Shown: positions 11,050 to 20,685 of the stretch, in pieces
Numbering within the stretch: the first letter of the stretch is position 1
Layout of the letters: every line of letters begins with the position of its first letter
From: Candidatus Saccharimonadota bacterium
GTDB lineage: Bacteria; Pseudomonadota; Gammaproteobacteria; Enterobacterales; Enterobacteriaceae
Direction of reading: 5' to 3'
NCBI GenBank assembly: GCA_041942055.1
Contig: CP145874.1
Coordinates: 420,001 to 452,000 of the forward strand
DNA length: 32,000 bases
Program-made: the position numbers and the translations under genes
Notes under the pieces: generated by a model
Seen by the model: only the letters and a program-made list of their open reading frames with translations
Database searches by the model: none
Told to the model about the DNA's origin: nothing

Positions 11050-11658
11050 CTAATAAAAATGACTGACAAATTTTTTAATTAATATAGGATATACGTCTAA
11101 TACTGTAATATCAGGCTTAAAATCACTTAATTGTGTCATTTTTAGATCCGCCAATCCACATGGATTGATAAGTCGAAAAGGTGATAAATCCATATTAATA
11201 TTAAGTGCGAAACCATGCAGAGAACATCCCTTTTTGATACGTAATCCAAGTGAACAGATTTTTTTATTATCTATATAAACTCCTGGTGCATTACGACGTA
11301 TATAAGCTTCAAGATTAAAATATTTTAAGGTATCAATAACTGATTGTTCTATAATAGTTAGTAACTGTCGCACACTTATTTTTCTACGTTTTAAATCAAT
11401 CATAATATAAATGATTAATTGACCAGGACCATGATACGTTATTTTACCTCCTCGATCCGTTTGTAATACAGCAATATTATCAATAATAATTTGATTATTA
11501 TTTTTTTCAGCCTTTCCTTGAGTAAAAATTGGAAAATGTTCAACCAGCCATAATTCATCAGTTGTTTTTGAGTGACGTTTTTCAGTAAAATGATGCATAG
11601 CATTAGAAACTAATATCCAAGATTGTAAACCGAGATAGCGAATGACAAATTTTTGCAT
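11050..11658 (-). CDS. lipB: Octanoyltransferase (lipoyl(octanoyl) transferase)
   Basis: 202-aa ORF containing LWLVEHFPIFTQG, DRGGKITYHGPGQ, KICSLGLRIKKGCSLHGFALN and INPCG, matching E. coli LipB. Confidence 0.93.
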   Translation of the reverse strand: MQKFVIRYLGLQSWILVSNAMHHFTEKRHSKTTDELWLVEHFPIFTQGKAEKNNNQIIIDNIAVLQTDRGGKITYHGPGQLIIYIMIDLKRRKISVRQLLTIIEQSVIDTLKYFNLEAYIRRNAPGVYIDNKKICSLGLRIKKGCSLHGFALNINMDLSPFRLINPCGLADLKMTQLSDFKPDITVLDVYPILIKKFVSHFY

Positions 11659-11671
11659 ACAATGATAAAAA

Positions 11672-12664
11672 TCATTTAGGACAACTTAATAATAATGATA
11701 GATTTTCTAATCTAATCCATAATAATGGTATCTGTTTATGAGAATTTTTTAGGGATACTTCAATTTCTACTAATAAACCAATAGATTTTTGAATCTGGTG
11801 TATATTTAACCGCTGTAATGCTTTATTAAATAATAGCTGACGTTTATATATAATTCTGTACTGATTAAATAAAACTTGTATGGTTGTTGTACTCATTTTG
11901 AGTTGTAGTAGGATCATTAAATGATATTGCAAAACATAACACAATGAAGAAATTTCATTTCCTTGTTTACGTAATTGATGGATAATATGCAAAGCTCGAT
12001 CAGAATCTCCTGTGAATACAGCTTCTACCCAGTGAATATTTTCAAAATGAGCCATATCATTGACAATATTTACTATCCGAGATAGTGTTACTATACCATT
12101 AGGTAAAAATAAAGTTAACATTTCTAGAATTTGAACTAAGGCTAATAAATTTCTCTCATAGTTATATGAGATCCAGTTCAGAGCATCTCTTTCTATTTTT
12201 AATCCCATTTTTTCTGCTCTTTTACTAATCCATCTTGGTAATTGAGAAACTTCCGGTGTGCTACAATAAACAAGTACACTGGATTTAAAATCCAAATCAA
12301 AAATCTTTTTTGTTACTATAATTAGTATTATATTAAGATATAAAGGTAATAATTCTATTAGATAAAATAATTTTTCTTTCCATAAAGGATGAGATGATTT
12401 ATTAGATAATATTAATCGTAAAATGCGTGTGGTAGCAAATAAACTTTGCTTCTTAAAATTATTTAATAGCTCATTCCAATCAGTTTTTATGTTTAAAATT
12501 ACATTACAGTATTCATATAAACCTAATTTACGAGCATGTTTACGTATAATTTCTTCACTTTCTTTTAATAAAAAAGGATCTTTTCCAGCTAAAATATAGC
12601 ACCTATAACGGAATGGATTTTGTTCTAGATATAATTCTAGTTGTTCAGAATAAACTTTTACCAT
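11672..12664 (-). CDS. holA: DNA polymerase III delta subunit
   Basis: 330-aa ORF colinear by eye with E. coli HolA (YSEQLELYL.., SLFATTRIL, QLPRWISKRAEKMGLKIE, NLLALVQILEMLTL, AHFENIHWVEA). It lies immediately downstream of leuS, as in E. coli. Confidence 0.88.
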   Translation of the reverse strand: MVKVYSEQLELYLEQNPFRYRCYILAGKDPFLLKESEEIIRKHARKLGLYEYCNVILNIKTDWNELLNNFKKQSLFATTRILRLILSNKSSHPLWKEKLFYLIELLPLYLNIILIIVTKKIFDLDFKSSVLVYCSTPEVSQLPRWISKRAEKMGLKIERDALNWISYNYERNLLALVQILEMLTLFLPNGIVTLSRIVNIVNDMAHFENIHWVEAVFTGDSDRALHIIHQLRKQGNEISSLCYVLQYHLMILLQLKMSTTTIQVLFNQYRIIYKRQLLFNKALQRLNIHQIQKSIGLLVEIEVSLKNSHKQIPLLWIRLENLSLLLSCPK

Positions 12665-12676
12665 TACTTTACAATA

Positions 12677-15205
12677 CTATTTTAGTATCAAATTTATTAA
12701 CTTATTTGGAACATAAATAGTTCGATGTAAACTCAATCCTTTACCTTTGATAAATTTAGATACTCGCTTATCTTCTATAGCTATTTGCTGTATTTGTTGC
12801 TTGGTTGCGTTATTCGATACTAAGATCCTACTACGTACTCTGCCATTGATTTGGACTATAATCCACATGTCTTTTTTTACTAATGCTTGTTTATCTACTT
12901 GTGGCCATCTTGCATGATCAATACTTACATCTTCTCCATGTATTGCTTGCCATAATACAAAACAAATATGTGGTGTAAAAGGATATAACATTAATACAAT
13001 AGCTCTAATGGCTTCTTGGAATATAGATCTATCTTGTTCACTATTTTGATTTTTTACCCTACTTAGCTTATTTGTTAATTCCATAATAGCAGCAATAGCT
13101 GTATTGAAAGTTTGTCTTTGATCAATATCATAAGTAACTTTAGCAATAGTTTTATGTAGTTGATAACGTAAAAATTTTGGTTCTTCATCTAATTTTGTGT
13201 TATCAATAACCGAATTAGTTGATCGTAGGTTATTAATATGATTATATACTAAATTCCAAACCCGTTTCAAAAAACGATAGCACCCTTCTATACCTGATTC
13301 ACTCCAATAAATTGGCATTTCTGCAGGTGCAACAAACATTAAAAATAAACGTACTGTATCCGCGCCATATTGTTCAATCATTTTATTTGGATCAATACCA
13401 TTATTTTTTGATTTAGACATTTTACTGACACCCGCATGAACTAATTTTCTTCCCATATTATCTGTAGCTTGTATAATTTTACCCGTTTTATCACGTATAA
13501 TCTTCACATCTACAGGAGAAATCCATTGGCGTTCTCCAGTTTTTTCAAGGTAATAAAAAGTATCGGCTAGTACCATTCCTTGACATAATAAACGTTGAGC
13601 TGGTTCATCAGTATTAACCAAACCAGCATCACGAAGTAATTTGTGATAGAAGCGAAAATACATTAAATGCATAATAGCATGCTCAATTCCACCTATATAC
13701 TGATCTATAGGTAACCAATAATTAGTAGCGGATGGATCTAGCATTCCTTGAGAATAATGAGGACAGGTATAACGTGCATAATACCAAGAAGATTCCATAA
13801 AAGTATCAAAAGTATCTGTTTCTCTTTGTACTGGTTCACCTTGAATAATTAGATTTCTCCATTTGTTGTCATTTTTTAGTGGATTGGTTATACCATCTAG
13901 AATTCTATCTTCGGGTAGAATTACGGGGAGATCTTTTTCTGCCACTGGAAAATATTGGGTATCTCGTATAATCATAGGAATAGGAGTACCCCAATAACGC
14001 TGACGAGAAACTCCCCAATCACGCAAATGATAGTTTTGTTTACGTTTACCTACACCTTTATCTATAAGAATTTTAATAATTTCATCGCACACTACTTCAG
14101 GAAACATACAACTTGTTGAGGTAGAATCATTAAGCGTTACTTTTTTAATGGGTAGATTAAGATTAGATTTAGTAGTAAATTTCCAATTCTGCGGATTAGT
14201 AGTTATCATAATACCATCAGTTCCATATATAAAATTCACAATCCAAATGGGTAATGATTTATTAGTAATCGGATGAATAGCAAAGAGTCCTAGAGCTATT
14301 CCTAATTTTTCTAAATTTGCAAGTTCTGCTTCAGTAACTTGAAGACTGCAATATTTTTTTATAAAAAGTTTTAAATTTTGGTTATCATTTGCCGATTCCT
14401 TAGCTATAGGATGATTTATAGCAATAGCAATACAAGTTGTACGCATAAGAGTCTCGGGTTGGGTAGTATATATAGTAATTTTTTTTTTGGATCCAATTAC
14501 AGAAAATGTGATTTCTATTCCTTTTGAATATCCAATCCAATTACGTTGCATAGTTTTAACTTTTTCAGGCCAATATTTAAGTTGTTTTAATCCATGAAGT
14601 AGTTCATCTGCATATGCAGTTATTCGGATGAACCATTGATAAATTTTTCGGGTTTCCAATTTGGTATCACAACGCCAACAACATCCATTTACTACTTGCT
14701 CATTTGCTAATACAGTTTGATCTTTAGGACACCAATTCACCATTGAATACTTTCTATATGCTAGTCCTTTTTTATATAACTGAATAAAAAACCACTGTTC
14801 CCAACGATAATATTCTGGATGACATGTTATTAACTCTCTACTCCAATCATAGCTAAATCCTAATGATTGAAGTTGTTTTTTCATATAATGAATATTGCTA
14901 TAGGTCCAATATGCAGGAGCCGTATGATTTTTTATAGCAGCATTTTCTGCTGGTAAACCAAATGCATCCCAACCTATAGGATATAGTACATTTTTACCTA
15001 GCATTCGCTGATATCTAGCAATGACATCACCAATTGTATAATTACGAACATGACCCATGTGCAAACTACCAGATGGATATGGTAGCATAGATAAACAATA
15101 GTATTTTTCCTTACCTTTTATTTCTGTAGTATGAAAAGTTTTATTAATTCTCCAATAATCTTGAACATACGCTTCTATTTCTTGCGGAAGATATTGATCT
15201 TGCAT
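12677..15205 (-). CDS. leuS: Leucyl-tRNA synthetase
   Basis: 842-aa ORF with HMGH (the HIGH motif), KMSKS and [16 protein letters not shown]. Colinear with E. coli LeuRS (860 aa). The CP1 editing motif is divergent (see findings). Confidence 0.97.
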   Translation of the reverse strand: MQDQYLPQEIEAYVQDYWRINKTFHTTEIKGKEKYYCLSMLPYPSGSLHMGHVRNYTIGDVIARYQRMLGKNVLYPIGWDAFGLPAENAAIKNHTAPAYWTYSNIHYMKKQLQSLGFSYDWSRELITCHPEYYRWEQWFFIQLYKKGLAYRKYSMVNWCPKDQTVLANEQVVNGCCWRCDTKLETRKIYQWFIRITAYADELLHGLKQLKYWPEKVKTMQRNWIGYSKGIEITFSVIGSKKKITIYTTQPETLMRTTCIAIAINHPIAKESANDNQNLKLFIKKYCSLQVTEAELANLEKLGIALGLFAIHPITNKSLPIWIVNFIYGTDGIMITTNPQNWKFTTKSNLNLPIKKVTLNDSTSTSCMFPEVVCDEIIKILIDKGVGKRKQNYHLRDWGVSRQRYWGTPIPMIIRDTQYFPVAEKDLPVILPEDRILDGITNPLKNDNKWRNLIIQGEPVQRETDTFDTFMESSWYYARYTCPHYSQGMLDPSATNYWLPIDQYIGGIEHAIMHLMYFRFYHKLLRDAGLVNTDEPAQRLLCQGMVLADTFYYLEKTGERQWISPVDVKIIRDKTGKIIQATDNMGRKLVHAGVSKMSKSKNNGIDPNKMIEQYGADTVRLFLMFVAPAEMPIYWSESGIEGCYRFLKRVWNLVYNHINNLRSTNSVIDNTKLDEEPKFLRYQLHKTIAKVTYDIDQRQTFNTAIAAIMELTNKLSRVKNQNSEQDRSIFQEAIRAIVLMLYPFTPHICFVLWQAIHGEDVSIDHARWPQVDKQALVKKDMWIIVQINGRVRSRILVSNNATKQQIQQIAIEDKRVSKFIKGKGLSLHRTIYVPNKLINLILK

Positions 15206-15278
15206 AATAATTATAATCCAATTCTTATGATTTTATGGAACATAGATAGTCAAATGTTATCTAAAATTTCGGTTTTTT

Positions 15279-15749
15279 TTACATAACATACGGATCTAAG
15301 TATCCCAAATCCAACATGATTTGAGTTTCTATTAATTCCATTTTTTTTGCATCATTCTCACAATAATGATTGTATCCTAACAAATGTAAAGTACCGTGAA
15401 TAACTATATGAGCCCAATGTGATAGAAGTGATTTTTGTAGTTCTCGTGCTTCTTCTTCTATAAGAGAACTACAGATGACAATATCTCCACCAAGTAAATA
15501 CTCTGTAGTTGGTTTGGTTAAAAATGGTTGATAAAAAGAGAAAGACAATATATTAGTCGGTTGATTCTTATTTCGATAACGAAAATTTAATATCTGACTC
15601 TCAATTTTATCTACTAAACGAATTGTGATTTCTTGTTTACCAGGAGATAGAAATAAAACTGCTTCTAACCATTTATGGAACGAAGCTTTTTTTGGAATAA
15701 AAACGCTTGGTTTACAAACTATTTGTAGCTCAAAATTTATCAAACTCAT
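15279..15749 (-). CDS. ybeY: Endoribonuclease YbeY (16S rRNA 3'-end maturation)
   Basis: 156-aa ORF with the zinc-binding HGTLHLLGYNH motif (H-x3-H-x5-H). It has the same size and position as E. coli ybeY. Confidence 0.92.
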   Translation of the reverse strand: MSLINFELQIVCKPSVFIPKKASFHKWLEAVLFLSPGKQEITIRLVDKIESQILNFRYRNKNQPTNILSFSFYQPFLTKPTTEYLLGGDIVICSSLIEEEARELQKSLLSHWAHIVIHGTLHLLGYNHYCENDAKKMELIETQIMLDLGYLDPYVM

Positions 15750-15790
15750 CTAATTCTACTCTTATACTCAGAAGCGACGATAGACTGTTT

Positions 15791-17128
15791 TCAGTGTGTA
15801 TCAATCAGACACCCCCTGAGAGAATTTGGACAAACTTCAGTAATTTTTACCTGAACAAATTTACCAATGAGTTCTGGAGGACCCTGAACATTCACTACAC
15901 GATTATTGTCTGTTCTACCTGATATTTCTAAAATATTTTTACGTGAAAGTCCATCCACAAGAATTCGTTGCACCGTGCCTAACATGCGTCGACTCCAAGA
16001 CATGGCTTGTTGATTAAGAAGTGCTTGTAATAAATATAATCGATGTTTTTTTTCTTCTTCAGTAGTATTATCAGCAAAAGTAGCAGCTGGAGTTCCAGGT
16101 CTAGGAGAATAAATAAAACTAAAACTCATATCGAAATCAATATCTCTTATTAGTTGCATGGTAGACTCGAAATCTTCCGATGTTTCACCAGGAAAACCAA
16201 CAATAAAATCTGAACTAATTTTAATATCAGGACGTGCAGACCGTAATTTATGAATGATTTTTTGGTATTGTGAGGATGTATATCCTCTCCTCATTAACTT
16301 CAGGATACGATTTGAGCCACTTTGTACTGGTAAATGTAAGAAACTAACTAATTTTGGAAGATAACTATAAACTTCAATAATATCATCTGTGAAATGTCTA
16401 GGGTGGCTAGTAATAAATCGAATGCGATCTATTCCATCAATAGATGCTACAAGACGTAAGAGATCAGAAAATAAGTAGCGTTTATTTTTCCATATACTAC
16501 AATATGCATTAACATTTTGTCCTAATAAATTAACTTCTCGCACTCCTTGTTTTACTAGATTAGATATTTCTAATATAATATCGTTACATGAACGACTTAT
16601 TTCTTTACCACGTGTATAGGGTACTATACAGAAAGAACAAAATTTATTACATCCTTCCATAATAGAAATATTAGCAGTAGGACCTTGATTGGTTGTCAAT
16701 ATATGATTAGATAACAAGTAATCAAATTTATTTCCAGGAAAAGTGACATCTACAATCGGGTTATGTGAATTAATGACACTCTTAATCATTTGGGGCAAAT
16801 AATGTATCGTTTGTGGTCCAAATATAATATCAACATAACTAGCGCGCTTAAGGATTTGTTTCCCTTCTTTTGCAGCCACACAACCGCCAACTCCTATAAT
16901 GAGTTGGGGGTTATTTTTTTTGAATACTTTCCATCTTCCTAATTGATGAAAAACTTTTTCTTGGGCTTTTTCACGTATAGAACAAGTATTCAATAATAAA
17001 ATATCTGCGTCTTCGGCGAGGGGAGTAAGTGAGTAACCATGGGTCTTTTGAAGTAGAGTTACAATCTTAGATGAATCATATTCATTCATCTGACAGCCCC
17101 AAGTTTTAATATATAATTTTTTTGTCAT
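15791..17128 (-). CDS. miaB: tRNA-i6A37 methylthiotransferase MiaB
   Basis: Homology starts at [19 protein letters not shown], as in E. coli [19 protein letters not shown]. It has the radical-SAM motif [15 protein letters not shown]. The ORF-track ATG at 17161 adds 11 unmatched residues and would abut tRNA-Gln. Confidence 0.95.
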   Translation of the reverse strand: MTKKLYIKTWGCQMNEYDSSKIVTLLQKTHGYSLTPLAEDADILLLNTCSIREKAQEKVFHQLGRWKVFKKNNPQLIIGVGGCVAAKEGKQILKRASYVDIIFGPQTIHYLPQMIKSVINSHNPIVDVTFPGNKFDYLLSNHILTTNQGPTANISIMEGCNKFCSFCIVPYTRGKEISRSCNDIILEISNLVKQGVREVNLLGQNVNAYCSIWKNKRYLFSDLLRLVASIDGIDRIRFITSHPRHFTDDIIEVYSYLPKLVSFLHLPVQSGSNRILKLMRRGYTSSQYQKIIHKLRSARPDIKISSDFIVGFPGETSEDFESTMQLIRDIDFDMSFSFIYSPRPGTPAATFADNTTEEEKKHRLYLLQALLNQQAMSWSRRMLGTVQRILVDGLSRKNILEISGRTDNNRVVNVQGPPELIGKFVQVKITEVCPNSLRGCLIDTH

Positions 17129-17165
17129 CATTATTACTACTAATTTATTTCTAAAAATCATGATC

Positions 17166-17237
17166 CTGGGGTACCAGGATTCGAACCTGGGAATGCCGGG
17201 ATCAAAACCCGGTGCCTTACCGCTTGGCTATACCCCA
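17166..17237 (-). tRNA. glnU: tRNA-Gln (anticodon UUG)
   Basis: The reverse complement is TGGGGTATAGCCAAGCGGTAAGGCACCGGGTTTTGATCCCGGCATTCCCAGGTTCGAATCCTGGTACCCCAG. It is near-identical to E. coli tRNA-Gln(UUG), including the U1-A72 pair. The sequence after discriminator G is GAT, so CCA is not encoded. Confidence 0.93.
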
Positions 17238-17256
17238 ATCTTTAAGTAAATTCCTT

Positions 17257-17342
17257 TGGTACGGAAGGCGAGATTTGAACTCGCATACTTTAATAGTGCC
17301 AGACCCTAACTCTGGTGCGTCTACCAATTCCGCCACTTCCGC
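17257..17342 (-). tRNA. leuW: tRNA-Leu (anticodon UAG)
   Basis: The reverse complement is GCGGAAGTGGCGGAATTGGTAGACGCACCAGAGTTAGGGTCTGG..GCGAGTTCAAATCTCGCCTTCCGTACCA. It has a long variable arm and matches E. coli leuW. CCA is encoded. The acceptor stem has a G1-U72 wobble. Confidence 0.93.
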
Positions 17343-17370
17343 AAAAATCTAATGAAATCAACCATAGTAG

Positions 17371-17444
17371 TGGCTACGACGGGAATTGAACCTGTGACCC
17401 CAGCATTATGAGTGCTGTGCTCTAACCAACTGAGCTACGTAGCC
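17371..17444 (-). tRNA. metT: tRNA-Met, elongator (anticodon CAU)
   Basis: The reverse complement is GGCTACGTAGCTCAGTTGGTTAGAGCACAGCACTCATAATGCTGGGGTCACAGGTTCAATTCCCGTCGTAGCCA. It is near-identical to E. coli metT and does not resemble the initiator or ileX. The 3' flank is CTA, so CCA is not encoded. Confidence 0.93.
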
Positions 17445-17483
17445 AACATTTTATTATATTTGATTTTTTGATATAATGCATTC

Positions 17484-17513
17484 ATTATGTGCAACTAATC
17501 ATATTAGCGTCAA
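17484..17513 (-). promoter_or_regulatory. Candidate sigma70 promoter for the tRNA-Met/Leu/Gln(-miaB) transcription unit
   Basis: On the minus strand: TTGACG (17513-17508), an 18-bp spacer, then CATAAT (17489-17484), about 40 nt upstream of the tRNA-Met 5' end. Confidence 0.35.
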
Positions 17514-17559
17514 TAAATTTTTCAGAAGATTTTGAATTTTTTTGGTGGTGATTTCTATC

Positions 17560-19242
17560 ATGAAGAAAAGAACATTTACTAGTAATTTTATTAAGCAAAT
17601 AGTGAAGCAAGACTTAGAAAATAGAAAAATTAAAATAGTACGTACTCGGTTTCCCCCTGAACCTAATGGTTATTTACATATTGGACATGCTAAAGCCATC
17701 TGTCTTAATTTTGAATTAGCAAGAGATTATCAAGGAGAATGTTATCTTCGTTTAGATGACACTAACCCCGTGAAAGAGACTCAAGAATATGTAGAATCTA
17801 TTAAAAGAGATGTGCAATGGCTGGGTTATCAGTGGAGTGGATCGGTACGTTTTTCGTCGAATTATTTCGAGCAGTTATATAATTATGCAGTTGAACTAAT
17901 CAATAAAGGATTAGCTTATGTTGATGAATTAACTTATACGCAAATTCGTGAATATAGGGGAACTCTGACTACACCTGGAAAAGAGAGCCCTTATCGTACT
18001 CGTAGTATAAAATGCAACTTGCAACTATTTGAAAAAATGCGTAATGGAGAATTTACAGAAGGATCTGCATGTCTGCGTGCAAAAATTGATATGAATTCAA
18101 ATTTTATTATCATGCGTGATCCAGTATTATATCGAATAAAATTGGCTTATCATCACCAAACCGGGAAAAAATGGTGTATTTATCCTATGTATGATTTTAG
18201 TCATTGTATTTCAGATGCTCTTGAGGGAATTACACACTCTTTATGTACGCTTGAATTTCAAGATAACAGACAGTTATATGAGTGGATATTAAATCATATT
18301 AATATTAATTGTCATCCAAGACCAAAACAATATGAATATTCCAGATTAAATTTAGAAAGTGCTGTGATTTCTAAACGTAAGATGAAGATATTGGTATTTA
18401 AAAAGATTGTTAACGGTTGGGATGATCCTCGATTATTAACAATTTCAGGATTACGTCGTCGGGGTTACACTCCATCCTCAATTATAGAATTTTGTCGTCG
18501 TATTGGTGTGACTAAAAAGGATAGCTTAGTTCAAATGGCTTTATTAGAAGCATGCATACGTGAAGATTTAAATAAAAATGCTCCGCGTACTATGGCAGTT
18601 TTGAGACCCTTAAAAATAGTATTAGAGAATCTTCCTTTGAATTATACAAAAATGCTGACAATGAGGAAACATCCAACTAGGCCTGAAATGGGTTACAGAA
18701 AGGTACCTTTTAATCGTGAAATATATATAGATCAAAATGATTTTTGTGAAGTAACAACTAATGCTCAATATAAAAGGTTAGTTTTAGGAGGTAAAGTCAG
18801 GTTGAGAAATGCTTATGTAATAACAGCTGAACGTCTCATCAAAGATAGAAATCATAATATTATTTGTGTTTACTGTACTTGTTCTGATGATATAAATAAG
18901 CATCAACCATATACATCTATTGATAATAAACCAAACCAACTAGGAATTATTCATTGGGTTTCTGCTTTGCATTGTTTACCAGCAGAATTTCGTATTTATG
19001 ATAGATTATTTAATATTCCTAATCCTGATGCTACTGAAGATTTTTTATCAAAAATTAACCCTCATTCTCTGCAGATTTTTAATGGTTTTATTGAGGTCGG
19101 TATCATGCAAGAAAATTATAATCATTATCAATTCGAACGAGAAGGATACTTCTCTATTGATAGTCATGATTCTTCTAGTAAGAATCTTGTATTGAATCTT
19201 ATTGTTAAGTTACGAGATATTTGGAACAAAAAATCCTTTTAA
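17560..19242 (+). CDS. glnS: Glutaminyl-tRNA synthetase
   Basis: Contains [18 protein letters not shown] (the HIGH motif), VISKRK (the MSK motif) and [28 protein letters not shown]. Colinear with E. coli GlnRS. The ORF-track start at 17542 is a TTG. The first ATG is at 17560. Confidence 0.96.
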   Translation: MKKRTFTSNFIKQIVKQDLENRKIKIVRTRFPPEPNGYLHIGHAKAICLNFELARDYQGECYLRLDDTNPVKETQEYVESIKRDVQWLGYQWSGSVRFSSNYFEQLYNYAVELINKGLAYVDELTYTQIREYRGTLTTPGKESPYRTRSIKCNLQLFEKMRNGEFTEGSACLRAKIDMNSNFIIMRDPVLYRIKLAYHHQTGKKWCIYPMYDFSHCISDALEGITHSLCTLEFQDNRQLYEWILNHININCHPRPKQYEYSRLNLESAVISKRKMKILVFKKIVNGWDDPRLLTISGLRRRGYTPSSIIEFCRRIGVTKKDSLVQMALLEACIREDLNKNAPRTMAVLRPLKIVLENLPLNYTKMLTMRKHPTRPEMGYRKVPFNREIYIDQNDFCEVTTNAQYKRLVLGGKVRLRNAYVITAERLIKDRNHNIICVYCTCSDDINKHQPYTSIDNKPNQLGIIHWVSALHCLPAEFRIYDRLFNIPNPDATEDFLSKINPHSLQIFNGFIEVGIMQENYNHYQFEREGYFSIDSHDSSSKNLVLNLIVKLRDIWNKKSF

Positions 19243-19287
19243 TTATTACCATAACTGTATGGATAAAATCTACTATTTTTTGGAGAT

Positions 19288-19815
19288 CTATTTTAAATCT
19301 AATTCTTTAGAGATTTGTATAACCCATTTTTCCACCCGCTCATTAGTTAATTCTGGTTGACGGTCTTCATCAATAGCAAGACCAGTAAAATACTGATTAT
19401 TAATCAAGCTTTTAGATGAATGAAAATTATATCCTATAGTTGGCCAGCGTCCTATCAGTTTGGCTCCCTTTCTTTGAACAATATCTCGTACGGTTCCCAT
19501 AGCATCGCAGAAGTATTCTGAATAATCTTCTTGATCTCCACAACCAAAGATTGCAACGTATTTATTCTCAAAACTAATGGTTTCTAGAGTTGGAAAAAAA
19601 TCATCCCAATCACATTGAGCTTCACCATAATACCAAGTAGGTATACCTAATAATAATATTTGAAATTTCTCCAAATCTTCTTTACGGCTATTAGCAATAT
19701 CATGAATTTTAGCTGTATTTTCACCCCCTAGCTGTTTTTGAATCATTTGTGCGATTTTTTCTGTATTACCAGTATCAGTTCCAAAAAAAATTCCAATTAG
19801 TGTGCTTTTTTGCAT
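19288..19815 (-). CDS. fldA: Flavodoxin 1
   Basis: 175-aa ORF containing [12 protein letters not shown] and [22 protein letters not shown]. Colinear with E. coli FldA (176 aa). Confidence 0.95.
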   Translation of the reverse strand: MQKSTLIGIFFGTDTGNTEKIAQMIQKQLGGENTAKIHDIANSRKEDLEKFQILLLGIPTWYYGEAQCDWDDFFPTLETISFENKYVAIFGCGDQEDYSEYFCDAMGTVRDIVQRKGAKLIGRWPTIGYNFHSSKSLINNQYFTGLAIDEDRQPELTNERVEKWVIQISKELDLK

Positions 19816-19851
19816 ATGTTAATTCCTATTTTTAAATATAATCACAGGTAA

Positions 19852-20625
19852 TTATGTTCTAATAAACTGTCGAATAATACTTAATACCTCATAAAATTTA
19901 TCAAAATGTACCCAGTGTCCTGAACCAGCAATTATATGAATATGGGATTTTGGAAATTGGTTGAGCACTGAATTATAATATACCTCATTAAGGTAGTGGG
20001 AATATTCTCCACGAATAAATAAGGCAGGATTTTGCCAGGAAGGTACTATCTGCCAATCTAGTATTTCTTTATATCGTTTCTGAATACATGGCATATTAAA
20101 ACGCCATTTACCATACGAAAAAGATTTTAATAGAAAATTGATAATATTATGTTCATTGATATATTGTCTCATCAAATCAGCAGCCTGTTGACGTGAAGTG
20201 ATATTCGCATCATTTACTGCATTAAGAGCACTAAAAATGTTTGCATATGATTCTCTTATTTTATAAGCTACAGGAGCTATGTCAATTACTATAATTTTTT
20301 CAATTCGTTTAGGGGCTATAGCAGTCATTGTCATAGCTATTTTACCTCCCATAGAATGTCCAATTACAGTAATACGATCAATACTATTAGTATCTAGTGT
20401 CTCTAAGATATCTTGAGCCATTACCATATAATTCATTTCATCATTATGTTTTGAAGAGCCATGATTACGCACATCAACTTGAATAATTTTTCTATAATCA
20501 TTCAAACCTCGTCCTAAGCTATTCAAATTACTCAAATCACCAAATAGACCATGAATCATTAGGATGGGTGTAGTTGGTTTTTGATCAATTTTTTTTGCTG
20601 AATGTTGATAAAAATTTAAATTCAT
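19852..20625 (-). CDS. ybfF: alpha/beta-hydrolase esterase YbfF
   Basis: Contains the GHSMGG nucleophile elbow, IHGLFGDLSNL, WRFN and GSGHWVH, colinear with E. coli YbfF (254 aa). The ORF-track start at 20664 is a TTG. The ATG at 20625 (MNLNFYQ..) matches the E. coli length and leaves 60 bp for the divergent promoters shared with ybgI. Confidence 0.85.
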   Translation of the reverse strand: MNLNFYQHSAKKIDQKPTTPILMIHGLFGDLSNLNSLGRGLNDYRKIIQVDVRNHGSSKHNDEMNYMVMAQDILETLDTNSIDRITVIGHSMGGKIAMTMTAIAPKRIEKIIVIDIAPVAYKIRESYANIFSALNAVNDANITSRQQAADLMRQYINEHNIINFLLKSFSYGKWRFNMPCIQKRYKEILDWQIVPSWQNPALFIRGEYSHYLNEVYYNSVLNQFPKSHIHIIAGSGHWVHFDKFYEVLSIIRQFIRT

Positions 20626-20685
20626 AGAGATTAATTTAATATAAAATAAATTATCTAAAATCAATTATCTCATAATATATAATAA

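Noticed and set aside
15707-15922. Plus-strand 71-aa ORF spanning the ybeY start and the miaB end.
   Set aside because: It is antisense to two homologous genes and crosses their 41-nt spacer. It has no Shine-Dalgarno and no motif.
18998-19195. Alternative-frame 65-aa ORF on the glnS strand.
   Set aside because: It is nested out of frame in the conserved C-terminal domain of GlnRS. The peptide is Leu/Ile-rich and typical of AT-rich off-frames.
19249-19262. Hairpin CCATA-ACTG-TATGG between convergent glnS and fldA, considered as a bidirectional terminator.
   Set aside because: It is a 5-bp AT-rich stem with no adjacent T-tract on either side. It is too weak to call.
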